Made by a program: the position numbers and the translations under genes. 64,000 nucleotides of DNA from Acidobacteriota bacterium (GTDB taxonomy: Bacteria; Acidobacteriota; UBA6911), in NCBI GenBank assembly GCA_963664705.1, contig OY761556.1, positions 5,248,001 through 5,312,000 of the forward strand. Direction: 5' to 3'. The notes below the pieces were generated by a model. That model was not told where the DNA came from, ran no database searches, and saw only the letters and a program-made list of their open reading frames with translations. Position 1 is the stretch's first letter, and every line of letters begins with the position of its first letter. Shown one piece after another: positions 9,074 to 19,117 of this stretch.

Positions 9074-11451
9074 GCAAGGGCATGCCGCAGTACATCGGTC
9101 ACCTTATCAACCAGGATAACCTCCATTTCCTTTCTTAGCTGCCTGGGTATTTCCTGAAGATCCCTTCTGTTAAAACGTGGAATCATAATGGTGTGGACTT
9201 GCCCGCGATGTGCGGCAAGGATTTTCTCTTTGATGCCTCCAACCGGCAAAACATCCCCCCGCAGAGTGATTTCGCCTGTCATCGCCATATCCCTGTGAAT
9301 CGCCCTTCCCGTGCATGCCGATATCAGCGCAGACACGAGGGTAATCCCCGCGGACGGGCCGTCTTTGGGAATGGCTCCTTCCGGCATATGGATATGGAAA
9401 TCGTGGCAGGCAAAGAACTCATCGGAGATCCCGTATTTCGCTGCATGAGCCCTTGCATAGCTCAAAGCGGCATACGCGGATTCCTTCATGACATCTCCCA
9501 TCTGGCCGGTCAGGATCAGGCTACCCTTGCCATTCATAGCCTGCGCTTCCACAAACAGGACTTCCCCTCCAACCGGAGTCCATGCCAGTCCTGTTGCGAT
9601 GCCGATCTGATCGTGATGCAGACGCTCTTCCTGGATATTTCTCGACGGCCCGAGATAACTTCGAACTTGCCTGGAGCTGATCTGAACAGGATTCTTCTTT
9701 CCGGTGGCAACACGCATTGCAATCTTTCGGCAAATGGAAGCCACTTCCCTCTCCAGGTTCCGCAATCCCGCTTCACGGGTGTAGCCCTGAATAATGGACC
9801 GTAGCTCCCGGTCGGGAACGGCCATGTCCTCTTTCGTCAATCCATGCGCTTCCAACTGTTTGGGAATGATATGACGCTTGGCAATCTGGACTTTTTCATC
9901 CTCCGTATATCCGGTAAGAGGGATTATCTCCAGCCGGTCGCGGAAAGCCGGATGAATCGTGTCCAGAACATTTGCGGTTGTAATAAAAAGCACATGCGAC
10001 AAATCAAAAGGAACGCCGAGATAGTTGTCGCGGAAAGTGTGGTTCTGTTCCGGATCCAACACTTCAAGCAATGCGGATGATGGATCTCCGCGAAAATCGA
10101 ATCCAAGCTTATCTACCTCATCCATCATGAATACGGGGTTGTTTGTCTTTGCCTGGTGTAGCCCGTGAATGATCCGTCCGGGCATTGCCCCCACATAAGT
10201 GCGGCGATGTCCCCGTATTTCGGCTTCATCATGGACACCACCCAAACTAACGCGCACGAAAGATCGACCCAGTGATCGGGCAATAGATTTTCCCAGGGAA
10301 GTCTTTCCCGTACCGGGCGGGCCCACAAAACACAATATGGGTCCCTTGCTGTCTTTCTTTAGTTTGCGAACAGCCAGGTATTCAATAATTCTGGCTTTGA
10401 TCTTTTCCAGTCCGTAGTGATCATCATTAAGGATTTTGCGTGCCTTGCCGAGATTCAGGTTGTCTTCTGTGGAAACACTCCACGGCAATCCGACCATCCA
10501 GTCCAGGTACGTGCGGATCATGGCCGTTTCCGCCATTTCAGGCGACATATGCTCCAGGCGCCGCACCTGTCTGTCAAATTCCTCGCGGGCTTCTAAAGGC
10601 AGATTCGCTTTATCCGCTCGTGCTACATAGTTCTGCAACTCCTCGGATAAATCTCCCCCTTCTCCCAGTTCGCTTTGAATGACTTTGAGCTGCTGCCGAA
10701 GGAAAAATTCCCGTTGTCCTTTGTCGATTTCATCCTTTGCCTGCGTGTTGATCTGCTGCTGGACGGTCAGCAGCTCGATCTCACGCATCAGGAACTCATG
10801 GATCCGTCGCAGGCGCTTTGAAGGATCCAGGATCGAAAGGATCTCCTGGGCTTCTTCTACTCTGAGCGAAAGATTGTTTGCTACAAGATCCGCAAGTCGT
10901 CCCGGATCATCCAGGTTGCCGGCAATGACTATGGCCTCCTGGGAAATGCCTTTGCCCAAAGCCGCCACTTTCTCGAAAGAGGTGGAGACATTTCTCATCA
11001 GTGCTTCCAGCCGGACGCCGGATATTTCCCGATCGCGCTCATCGAGAACCTGAATGCGCGCCTGCATATAGGGAAGATCGTCATTCCAACTCTGAATCTG
11101 CGCTCGAGCGATCCCCTGAACCAGAATCCGGATCTTGTCGTCGGGCATTTTGAGTTTTCGGATTACCGACCCTACGGTTCCGATATTATACATATCCTGC
11201 GGAACAGGGGTTTCTCCGGCCTGGTCCCGCTGAGTTACCAGAAGCACAATCCGATTATTGGTAAGTGCATAATCCAGGGCGCGAATACCCTTTTCCGTCG
11301 AAACCAGCAGCGGGACAATTGTATAGGGATACGTGACAACATCAGGAAGAGGCAAGACGGGCAGGAGCAACGGTATTTCGATCGTTTCCTCGTGGATTAC
11401 ATCTTCTTTTTCTTTCGGAAACCCTTTCTGATTCAATTCCGCAGCTGACAT
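9070..11451 (-). CDS. lon: ATP-dependent Lon protease
   Basis: Walker [24 protein letters not shown], catalytic PKDGPSAG. Start moved to ATG 11451 after a GGAGG RBS. Confidence 0.97.
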   Translation of the reverse strand: MSAAELNQKGFPKEKEDVIHEETIEIPLLLPVLPLPDVVTYPYTIVPLLVSTEKGIRALDYALTNNRIVLLVTQRDQAGETPVPQDMYNIGTVGSVIRKLKMPDDKIRILVQGIARAQIQSWNDDLPYMQARIQVLDERDREISGVRLEALMRNVSTSFEKVAALGKGISQEAIVIAGNLDDPGRLADLVANNLSLRVEEAQEILSILDPSKRLRRIHEFLMREIELLTVQQQINTQAKDEIDKGQREFFLRQQLKVIQSELGEGGDLSEELQNYVARADKANLPLEAREEFDRQVRRLEHMSPEMAETAMIRTYLDWMVGLPWSVSTEDNLNLGKARKILNDDHYGLEKIKARIIEYLAVRKLKKDSKGPILCFVGPPGTGKTSLGKSIARSLGRSFVRVSLGGVHDEAEIRGHRRTYVGAMPGRIIHGLHQAKTNNPVFMMDEVDKLGFDFRGDPSSALLEVLDPEQNHTFRDNYLGVPFDLSHVLFITTANVLDTIHPAFRDRLEIIPLTGYTEDEKVQIAKRHIIPKQLEAHGLTKEDMAVPDRELRSIIQGYTREAGLRNLEREVASICRKIAMRVATGKKNPVQISSRQVRSYLGPSRNIQEERLHHDQIGIATGLAWTPVGGEVLFVEAQAMNGKGSLILTGQMGDVMKESAYAALSYARAHAAKYGISDEFFACHDFHIHMPEGAIPKDGPSAGITLVSALISACTGRAIHRDMAMTGEITLRGDVLPVGGIKEKILAAHRGQVHTIMIPRFNRRDLQEIPRQLRKEMEVILVDKVTDVLRHALA

Positions 11452-11667
11452 TATTGCCCTCCCTTCGACTCGATCATTGAACAACAAATGGTCGAACCAT
11501 TCACGATTCACGGATGCATCCGCATCATCGAGGATCGGCAGATTGTCAAATGGGGGCCACGGGCTGCTGCGAAGGATTCCTGGTGGTCTGAGACCCTTCT
11601 ACCCGTCCGAGACTATTGATTCCGATTCCGGGCAGCCAACAAAGTTTCAAAACAATTTAATGGATGG

Positions 11668-12123
11668 TTACTTCTTCGCGAAGAGTTCGTTGATTTCCGT
11701 CATGAATTCGCTGACATCTTCAAATTCAAGGTAGACGGAAGCAAACCGCAGGTAAGCGACTTTGTCGATTCGTTTGATTTCAGAAAGCAGTATCTTTCCG
11801 ATGTTTACCGATTCCAGCTCTCTCTCAGGGCTTTCCTGCACTGTTTGCTCAACTTTGTCGACGATCTTTTCAAGTTGCAGCAGGCTGACCGGTCTTTTTT
11901 CGCAGGCCTTCAGTAAACCGTTCAGGATCTTATTTCGATCGAACCGCTCTCTTCCCCCATCCTTCTTCACCACCATGTAGGGGATTTCATCACTCCGCTC
12001 ATAGCTGGTGAAACGACGGCCACAATTCAAGCATTGCCGCCGCCGCCGGATAGAATCTCCATCGCGGCTTTCGCGGGAATCAACAACGCGGTCTTTGAGG
12101 AATCCGCAATATGGGCACTTCAT
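11668..12123 (-). CDS. nrdR: Transcriptional repressor NrdR
   Basis: MKCPYC, VVDSR, IRRRRQCLNCGRRFTSYE zinc ribbon; ATP-cone; VAYLRFASVY. Confidence 0.97.
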   Translation of the reverse strand: MKCPYCGFLKDRVVDSRESRDGDSIRRRRQCLNCGRRFTSYERSDEIPYMVVKKDGGRERFDRNKILNGLLKACEKRPVSLLQLEKIVDKVEQTVQESPERELESVNIGKILLSEIKRIDKVAYLRFASVYLEFEDVSEFMTEINELFAKK

Positions 12124-12191
12124 GGCGCCGGTTTCATGCTCCGAAGCATCAGAAATGTCTAATTTCAACCGTGCATAGAATGGCACAACTT

Positions 12192-12286
12192 GTGGGAAAG
12201 AAGCAAGAAGCAAGGAGGAAGGAGGATCCTTGCTCCTTGCGCCTTGCTTCTTATTCTTGCCTCCTGTCTTCTTGCTTCTTTCCCAC
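12192..12286. repeat. 95-bp palindromic element with perfect 19-bp terminal inverted repeats and ~7-bp internal periodicity
   Basis: GTGGGAAAGAAGCAAGAAG (12192-12210) is the exact reverse complement of CTTCTTGCTTCTTTCCCAC (12268-12286). Confidence 0.85.
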
Positions 12287-12384
12287 GCTGTGCGTATGCT
12301 AGCCCAAACGCATTATCATTGAACTTTCATCCAAGCGGTTTCGTTTGTATGGTTGGGAACAGGATAGATACCAAGGAGCCACGG

Positions 12385-12963
12385 GTGCTCTCAGGCGACG
12401 ACAAACTTGTAGAGCGCTGTCTTCAAGGAGATGACTCCGCATGGGAAATGCTCGTAAACTCCTATGGGAAGCGCATTTACAACCTGGGCTACAGGTATAC
12501 AAACCGGCGGGACGAAGCGGAAGACCTGACTCAGGATATCCTGATCCGTGTGTATCAGAATCTGAAGAGTTACCGTGCAGAATCGGGGAGTTTTCAAAAC
12601 TGGATTCTGCGCGTGGCCCGGAACCTGGTGATCGACCATTACCGGCAGGTTCGTCGATTCCCACAGGCAGGGGGCAGCGAGGAGTTGGAAACCATGAATA
12701 TTCAGGATGACAAGGCTCCAAATCCGCAAAGAGCTGCTGAACAACTGGAGGCTTCCGCCTTTCTGCAAAGCGGACTCCAGTCTCTGTCTCCAGAACTCAA
12801 AGAAGCAATTGTACTTAGAGATTTGGAAGGGATGGCGTACAGCGATATGGCCGACATGCTGAATGTTCCGGAAGGTACGGTGAAAAGCCGAATCAACCGC
12901 GGGCGGCTGGAGCTGGCCAAACTTCTGGTAAAGCGACGTTCCCAGCTTGGGATGAAGGCGTAA
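12385..12963 (+). CDS. ECF sigma-70 factor
   Basis: Region 2 (AEDLTQD...FQNWILRVARNLVID) and region 4 (GTVKSRINRGR). GTG start chosen after AAGGAG. Confidence 0.93.
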   Translation: MLSGDDKLVERCLQGDDSAWEMLVNSYGKRIYNLGYRYTNRRDEAEDLTQDILIRVYQNLKSYRAESGSFQNWILRVARNLVIDHYRQVRRFPQAGGSEELETMNIQDDKAPNPQRAAEQLEASAFLQSGLQSLSPELKEAIVLRDLEGMAYSDMADMLNVPEGTVKSRINRGRLELAKLLVKRRSQLGMKA

Positions 12964-12975
12964 AGGGGGGAGCTC

Positions 12976-13605
12976 ATGGAATGTTCACGAATTGAGCTAT
13001 GGTTAAGCGAATACCTTGAATCCAGCCTTCCTGCCGAAGAAACGGAACATGTAACGAATCACCTGAAGAATTGTTCTGCCTGTTCCGCCCTTCTGACCGA
13101 GATGCGAACGGTCCTGTCTCTTTGCGACAACTATCCGGTGCTGGAGCTGGAGCCTGATTTTGTCGAACGGATTCTTCTCAGAACCTCCGGACGCCCGCGG
13201 ACGCGGTCTTTCCGGGAAAGGCTGACGCAGTATTTCGTTCGACCGCTTCTCACTCCAAAGTTTGCAGTCGGAGCCAGTCTCGCAACCTTATTCCTGGTGC
13301 TCATGGTTCCCAGGCTTCCCGCGTTCTTCTCGGCTTTATCTCCACAAGCCATGCTGCGCCTGCTTGACCGCGGTGTCAGCGGGCTCTATGGCGAAGGGTT
13401 GAAGGCCTATGAAGCGAAGAACGAATGGCAGGCGCAGTTCAATCGCATCAAGAACAATACCTGGAATAGCTTGCGATCCGTAATGGAACAGATGGATGGC
13501 CCGGTTGAAGGGCGAAAAAAACAGAATGACGAAGCCCCGCGAAAGGAAAATGCTCCCAAGGAAAAGAGCAGCGGCGTGCTGACGTCCACTTCGTCTCCGG
13601 CTTGA
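12976..13605 (+). CDS. Zinc-binding (zf-HC2/ZAS) membrane anti-sigma factor
   Basis: HLKNCSAC (HxxxCxxC), one TM segment, directly downstream of the ECF sigma. Confidence 0.88.
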   Translation: MECSRIELWLSEYLESSLPAEETEHVTNHLKNCSACSALLTEMRTVLSLCDNYPVLELEPDFVERILLRTSGRPRTRSFRERLTQYFVRPLLTPKFAVGASLATLFLVLMVPRLPAFFSALSPQAMLRLLDRGVSGLYGEGLKAYEAKNEWQAQFNRIKNNTWNSLRSVMEQMDGPVEGRKKQNDEAPRKENAPKEKSSGVLTSTSSPA

Positions 13606-13677
13606 GCCGGACTGCTGCGACGGGAAAGAACGATTGATACGAATCCGATGGTTTGAAGCGGATGTGAGGATATCGAT

Positions 13678-14322
13678 ATGAAATGCTCCTACCACCCTGC
13701 CGTTGAAGCTCAGGACACATGCCACGCATGCAAAAAGCTGATGTGCCCGGATTGCACTCACAAGGTCAAGGGAAAGTCTTATTGCCAGGACTGCCTCGCC
13801 GAGGGCGCAGAATGGGCCGCGACGGTGAAAGGGCTTAAGCTGCCGTCCGACGCCCCGAAGCGTGCCGCCTGGTGTGCCGTCATCCCAGGGATGGGGGCGG
13901 TTTACAACAATGAATACACAAAAGCGATTACCTTCTTTGCGGTCTGGGCCGCCATGATGGTAATGGGCGATAGGGTCAACGGGATTTTCGGATTTGGCGC
14001 CTTTGTTTTCATAATTTTCACAATTTTTGATGCCTACCGGACCGCCGAAGCCCTGGCTCGCCATCGGTTGCAATCCGGAGTACTCACGGATGCGCCTCCG
14101 CAACAGGATAGGACTATTATCGGATGGGGTGTTTTCCTGATCATCCTGGGCGTGATCTTCCTTCTGCAGAACATCATCCCCTACTACCTGTTTGTGAACA
14201 GGTTGTGGCCGCTTGTATTTGTCCTGCTTGGCGCCTACCTTGTCTACCGCGCTATTCAAAACCGGAACAAACAGTCGGGGAATGCCCCGACTCCGCCGTC
14301 CTTGCCAAAGGAGGGTGCATAA
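13678..14322 (+). CDS. B-box-like zinc finger membrane protein with LiaF/DUF5668-like TM domain
   Basis: CSYHP...CHACKKLMCPDC...YCQDC; C-terminal GVFLIILGVIFLL...LWPLVFVLLG. Confidence 0.75.
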   Translation: MKCSYHPAVEAQDTCHACKKLMCPDCTHKVKGKSYCQDCLAEGAEWAATVKGLKLPSDAPKRAAWCAVIPGMGAVYNNEYTKAITFFAVWAAMMVMGDRVNGIFGFGAFVFIIFTIFDAYRTAEALARHRLQSGVLTDAPPQQDRTIIGWGVFLIILGVIFLLQNIIPYYLFVNRLWPLVFVLLGAYLVYRAIQNRNKQSGNAPTPPSLPKEGA

Positions 14323-14323
14323 C

Positions 14324-14548
14324 ATGTCTGCGCGTCCGATGGGTGGAGCACTCACTGCCGGCTTTATCCTGATAGTTCTAGGCGTCATTTTTCTGATTGA
14401 AAACTTCTATGCCCCTTTTTCAGCCTGGAGGCTGATCGCTCGTTACTGGCCTGTGGTCCTTATAATCATTGGTGTACGCAGAATTTACGACTACTTTGCC
14501 TGGCCGGAGATTCCTCCCGCGCCGGATTCCGCTGAGAAGAAGGAGTAA
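14324..14548 (+). CDS. Small LiaF/DUF5668-like membrane protein
   Basis: GFILIVLGVIFLIEN...YWPVVLIIIG; start follows a GGAGG RBS. Confidence 0.75.
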   Translation: MSARPMGGALTAGFILIVLGVIFLIENFYAPFSAWRLIARYWPVVLIIIGVRRIYDYFAWPEIPPAPDSAEKKE

Positions 14549-14551
14549 GCC

Positions 14552-16303
14552 ATGGCATACAAGCGTCGACCATCGCTACTGGGAGGACTGCTTTGGGCAA
14601 CCGTCGGGTTGCTTTTTCTTCTGCGAAATTTTGGGATCGGACCGGATGTATGGTCTGTTATCGGGCGTTTCTGGCCAGTCCTCCTTATCCTCCTTGGATT
14701 GGGAAAAATCATCGAATATTTCATGAAGAGAGACTCGGTGGCTATCCGGGTGGGAGAAATCATCGGGATTCTAATCCTGCTCCTTATCGGAACGGCTGTT
14801 TCCAGGGTATCGGAAAGCAGGAATTTTGCTCGACTCCTGCAGGAGATACCCGTGGAGGTCGGGGGGACACCCATGCGCCCGGGTCAATGGTTTGGCGATT
14901 CGCATACCTATTCGGAGGAAGTCGCCTATCCGCTTGAATCCTCCCTGCCAATCCGGGTTGAAAATGCCTATGGCCAGGTCACGATCACACCAGGCAGCGA
15001 TCGCGAAATCCGCGTGCGACTGCGAAAGGTCGTGTATGCGGATGAAGCACGCGCAAAGAGCTTCGCCGCCGAAATTCACCTCACGGGTGCAACGGAGAAT
15101 CGGGGCTCTTCCTCTGCCGAAGTTAAACCGGAAGCGGAACCCGGAAAAAAATCCGGGTCGGCGGTATTTGTTTTGCGCACTAATCGGGATTCCCTGTCCT
15201 CCCGGGATACAATGTTCAACACGGACATGGAACTCCTGGTTCCCAGGGACGCGCAAGTTCAGGTCGTCAACAGCTATGGAGAGGTTCGTGCCACCGGATT
15301 GAATGGGAAACTGGATCTGAGCACGACGCACCGTTCTCTTGAGGTTCGAGACTGCAGCGGACAATTCAACATCATGAGCCGCTATGCGGAATGCCGCCTC
15401 ACCAACCTGAAAGGCGACGTAACCGTCGATGGCCGCGGCAAAATCTACCTTGAAGACATCCGGGGCAATGTCACGGTAACCAATGAATACTCGCCTCTGG
15501 ATATCGCAAACATTGATGGCATCCTCAACGTTTCCGTCACGGAGGGGAACCTTAAAGTAGAAAAGGTGACAAAGCCTGTCGTGATTGATGCCAAGGGCGC
15601 GAAAGTGGAAGTCTCCGGGCTTCAGGACACTCTCAGGATAAAAAGCAGCCATCGAGACATCGAAATATCCGATGTAGCCGCCGCCGTTACCATTGAAAGC
15701 CGCTACAGCACCTTGAATCTTAAAAACGTAAAGGGAAGCGTCTCGATCAATTCGAATTCCGACAGTATTGAAGCCGATGATATCGGGGGTTCCTTTGTCA
15801 TGAAGGCGCGCGGAAGCGGAATACGGGCAGCCGGAGTCCGCGGTCCTCTGGATATTCAGACCACGCTGAAGGATGTTGTCGTCAATGATTTCGGCGACCA
15901 ATGCACGGTGAGGAATGAATACGCCGGTATCAGCGTCTCATCTCAGAAGCTCGGCAAAGGAGACCTGAACATTAAGAACCATAACGGCGATGTGGAATTG
16001 TATCTGCCGGAGGGAGCTTCTTTTTCCATCGATGCCATCGCCCGAAACGGCTCAGTCGAATCGGATTACGCCGGGCTCGCTCCGACAACAAGTGCAAATG
16101 TCGGCTCACTCAAAGCCCGTGTAAAAACAGGCAATCCGAAGATTACGCTGGAAACCGATTCAAGCGACATTCACGTCTATCGCACACGGGAAGATAAAGG
16201 GCATTCCTCCAATCAAGCGGAAGACGATGCCTTGCTTCCCGGCGGCATCCCGAATATTGCACTTATGTCGCCCATTCCGTATCCCTCGGGCAATGGGATC
16301 TGA
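14552..16303 (+). CDS. DUF4097-like (toast-rack) beta-repeat protein with N-terminal DUF5668-like TMs
   Basis: FWPVLLILLG N-terminus, then many short beta repeats and NGDVELYLP...GNPKITLET C-terminal motifs. Confidence 0.8.
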   Translation: MAYKRRPSLLGGLLWATVGLLFLLRNFGIGPDVWSVIGRFWPVLLILLGLGKIIEYFMKRDSVAIRVGEIIGILILLLIGTAVSRVSESRNFARLLQEIPVEVGGTPMRPGQWFGDSHTYSEEVAYPLESSLPIRVENAYGQVTITPGSDREIRVRLRKVVYADEARAKSFAAEIHLTGATENRGSSSAEVKPEAEPGKKSGSAVFVLRTNRDSLSSRDTMFNTDMELLVPRDAQVQVVNSYGEVRATGLNGKLDLSTTHRSLEVRDCSGQFNIMSRYAECRLTNLKGDVTVDGRGKIYLEDIRGNVTVTNEYSPLDIANIDGILNVSVTEGNLKVEKVTKPVVIDAKGAKVEVSGLQDTLRIKSSHRDIEISDVAAAVTIESRYSTLNLKNVKGSVSINSNSDSIEADDIGGSFVMKARGSGIRAAGVRGPLDIQTTLKDVVVNDFGDQCTVRNEYAGISVSSQKLGKGDLNIKNHNGDVELYLPEGASFSIDAIARNGSVESDYAGLAPTTSANVGSLKARVKTGNPKITLETDSSDIHVYRTREDKGHSSNQAEDDALLPGGIPNIALMSPIPYPSGNGI

Positions 16304-16323
16304 GGCCGACCAGGAGTCTCGCA

Positions 16324-17184
16324 ATGAAAAAACTGTCATGGGCCTTATGTTCGCTGCTGATATTATCCGGCTGCCGATTCGAGGATCGAATCCCCATCGA
16401 GATGACTTCGATGACCCGGACACAGCCTCTCGGAAACGAGAAATCGCTCGATTCGACCATCCGTTTTGATATCGGCTCTCTCGAGATTACCGGAGAAGAG
16501 AAAACCTCCTCACTCTATTCCCTGGATTTAGACTACGACAAGGCGAGCTTTACGCCGAATCTGGAATACAGCGCCGGGGGAGGGGGAGAAGGCCGGTTTA
16601 CCTTCGATTTGCACAGCATGCACAAGAGCGGCGTGCGCCGGGAACGCAAGAATAACAAGATGCGGCTTGCATTCAACGATTCTATTCCCCTGAGCCTCAA
16701 GGTGAATGCAGGAGTTGGGGATGCACGTCTCTCGCTATCAGGCATCAAGCTATCCCGCTTTGAATTCGAATCCGGCGTGGGCGGAGCCAAAATTTCCGCG
16801 TATGAACCCAATGCCGTTCCCTGCGAATACATCCGGCTGAAAAACGGGGTCGGCGGTTTTGAGGCCACCGGTCTCGGGAATCTGAATTTCAGAGAGTTCG
16901 AATTTGAAGGGGGAGTGGGTGGCGCGAACCTGGATTTCAGTGGGGAATGGAAGCAAAATGCCGACATCCGGATCCAGGTGGGCGTGGGCGGCGTAGACCT
17001 GCGCCTGCCCCGCGAGATCGGTGTGCGTGTTGAAGCGGAAAAGCACTTCCTAAGCGGACTGCACCTGGAAGAGTTTGACCAGCGCGATTCCTATTATTAC
17101 AGCAAGAACTATAATTCCGCGCAAATCAGGGTTTCGGTCAGAATCGATACGGGTATCGGCGGACTGAAAATCACCTGGCTCTAG
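16324..17184 (+). CDS. Putative lipoprotein of the toast-rack/DUF2154-like family
   Basis: Lipobox LSGC; repeated GVGG/GVGD beta turns ending in DTGIGGLKI. Confidence 0.7.
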   Translation: MKKLSWALCSLLILSGCRFEDRIPIEMTSMTRTQPLGNEKSLDSTIRFDIGSLEITGEEKTSSLYSLDLDYDKASFTPNLEYSAGGGGEGRFTFDLHSMHKSGVRRERKNNKMRLAFNDSIPLSLKVNAGVGDARLSLSGIKLSRFEFESGVGGAKISAYEPNAVPCEYIRLKNGVGGFEATGLGNLNFREFEFEGGVGGANLDFSGEWKQNADIRIQVGVGGVDLRLPREIGVRVEAEKHFLSGLHLEEFDQRDSYYYSKNYNSAQIRVSVRIDTGIGGLKITWL

Positions 17185-17186
17185 CA

Positions 17187-17283
17187 ATTGACGAATTACG
17201 ATTGTGGGCTGACAATGAATGGTTGAGCGCATCAGGACTTGATATGCTTTTCAATCGTCAATCTACAATCGTAAACCGTCAAT
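17187..17283. repeat. Imperfect inverted repeat built from ATTGACG-like heptamers
   Basis: Left arm ATTGACG AATTACG ATTGTGG GCTGACA; right arm reverse complement ATTGACG GTTTACG ATTGTAG ATTGACG. Confidence 0.7.
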
Positions 17284-18214
17284 GAAACTATATGGCTGGC
17301 TGGGTTTACTGCTCCTCATTATCTCCGAGTATTGCCTTCTCCACCGCATTGAGCCATTCGTCACCTGGTTTTATTGTTTTGCCTGGTGGTCCTATATTCT
17401 GCTTGCCGACAATCTCGTCCTGAAACTCCGAGGCTGGTCCCTTCTTCATGACAGGCAACGCGAATTCTGGTCCATGCTCCCAATTTCCGTCTTTATATGG
17501 CTTCTTTTCGAAGCCTACAATTTCGTTATCAGGAATTGGGCTTATACCATCGTCCCGCTGCAAATCTGGCAGCGCTGGGCCGGTTATGTGGTTGCCTTTT
17601 CGACGGTGCTTCCCGGAATTTTTATCACGGCCGACCTCGTGCAAATGCTGTTCAGGCGCTCGCCTACGGTTCAAACCTCCGGTTGCGAGCAAATACCCGC
17701 TCAGCCATCGACAAAACCTTCACTCCTGTTTTTTGTCCTGGGGCTTATTCTCACGATCGCCCCGCTGATTTTGCCGCGATACTTTTTCCCGGCCGTGTGG
17801 ATTGGACCCATTCTACTCCTCGATCCGATTCTGGAAAAAACCGGAGTTCAAAGCTTGTCGTTGGGCATCCATTTTGGAGACAGGACAAGGGTGTACAGTC
17901 TGCTGCTCGGAGGTTTTTTTTGCGGGATCCTGTGGGAATTCTGGAATTTCTGGGCCGGATCCCGTTGGACATACACCGTTCCGTTCTTTGGGCATCTGCG
18001 TCTATTTGAAATGCCGGTGTTGGGATTCCTGGGATTTCCGCCTTTTGCCTTGGAATGCTGGGTTCTATACCATCTCCTCCGGTCGATGGAACGGCATATG
18101 AATTCAAGAATTGCCCATATCGTATGGTGGATAGCTTTGGGGATTGTGTCGATAATAATAATGCGTGGGATGGACTCGCGCACAGTAATGCATTTTGAAC
18201 CGGTACGGTATTAA
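17282..18214 (+). CDS. Polytopic membrane protein of unknown function
   Basis: About 8-9 hydrophobic segments; Trp-rich motifs WLLFEAYNF..NWAY and LWEFWNFWAGSRWTY. Confidence 0.75.
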   Translation: MKLYGWLGLLLLIISEYCLLHRIEPFVTWFYCFAWWSYILLADNLVLKLRGWSLLHDRQREFWSMLPISVFIWLLFEAYNFVIRNWAYTIVPLQIWQRWAGYVVAFSTVLPGIFITADLVQMLFRRSPTVQTSGCEQIPAQPSTKPSLLFFVLGLILTIAPLILPRYFFPAVWIGPILLLDPILEKTGVQSLSLGIHFGDRTRVYSLLLGGFFCGILWEFWNFWAGSRWTYTVPFFGHLRLFEMPVLGFLGFPPFALECWVLYHLLRSMERHMNSRIAHIVWWIALGIVSIIIMRGMDSRTVMHFEPVRY

Positions 18215-18235
18215 TCCTCGACAGGGGGATGGAGC

Positions 18236-19057
18236 ATGCGTTTTTTCCCGGTAATTCTAGCCGTTCTTATGTTTCCCAATCTCCGGGCTCAGGAGCCCGC
18301 CGCGGTTGCGCCGCCTGCGGCACAGACGCCCTATGTGGAGCGGCAGGAAAAGGAGTTCAGTTTCTTTCCAGGCGGCAAGGTTGAAATAGCGGCGGAAGCA
18401 CCGGGGAATCTGAAAATCGTCGGATGGAGTCGGGGATCGGTCAAAATGGAAGCAGAGAAAATTGTTTATTACCTGTCTCCCGAAGAGGCCAAAGCGGAAA
18501 TTCAGAAATCTCCCGTTCGCGTCCGATATGGGCAGACCAGTTCTACCATCCGGACAACGCCCAGTCCATCCGCCAAGATGGAGGTGAACCTCACTATTTA
18601 CGTCCCGGGATATAAAACGGATATTAACGCAAAAATGAGTCGCGGGGATTTTGCGATTGAAGGTGTCAATGGATGGGTGGAATTGAGTGTGCTGACAGAA
18701 GGCAGCGTCGAGGCGAAATCGATGTCCGGCTATTTTTCCGCCACAACGCCTCATGGCGACATTGAGGTGGCTATGACCGGCCCACGATGGAATGGACTCG
18801 AGTTTGCGGCGGTGACCCAATCCGGATCGGCAAGCCTGGTCCTTCCGGCCAAGTATTCTGCCTCCCTCCAATTGGAAACCCGCAATGGTAAGATTTCTGT
18901 TGATTATCCGGCACAGGAAGTCGAAGGAGAACTCGTCCCCCCGGAAATCGAAATTCGAAAGACTTCACAAGTGCTGAAAGCGGCTGTAGGTGATGGAGGA
19001 GCCCCCATCAAGCTGATTACTTTTGCCGGAGACATTAAGTTATCAAAGAAGGAATAG
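18236..19057 (+). CDS. Exported DUF4097-like beta-repeat protein
   Basis: Signal peptide; ETRNGKISVDYP and GDGGAPIKLITFAGDIKL C-terminus. Confidence 0.7.
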   Translation: MRFFPVILAVLMFPNLRAQEPAAVAPPAAQTPYVERQEKEFSFFPGGKVEIAAEAPGNLKIVGWSRGSVKMEAEKIVYYLSPEEAKAEIQKSPVRVRYGQTSSTIRTTPSPSAKMEVNLTIYVPGYKTDINAKMSRGDFAIEGVNGWVELSVLTEGSVEAKSMSGYFSATTPHGDIEVAMTGPRWNGLEFAAVTQSGSASLVLPAKYSASLQLETRNGKISVDYPAQEVEGELVPPEIEIRKTSQVLKAAVGDGGAPIKLITFAGDIKLSKKE

Positions 19058-19117
19058 CGGAGGCTCCCGCCCGGACTGAAATTGTGCGTAATTCCTTCAT
19101 GACTGGACTCAGTCCTC

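Noticed and set aside
12181-12195. Sigma-54 promoter at TGGCACAACTTGTGG
   Set aside because: The -24 element fits but the -12 position reads GG rather than GC.
12190-12384. N-terminal extension of the ECF sigma ORF
   Set aside because: It is translation through the palindromic repeat; a better RBS and GTG lie at 12385.
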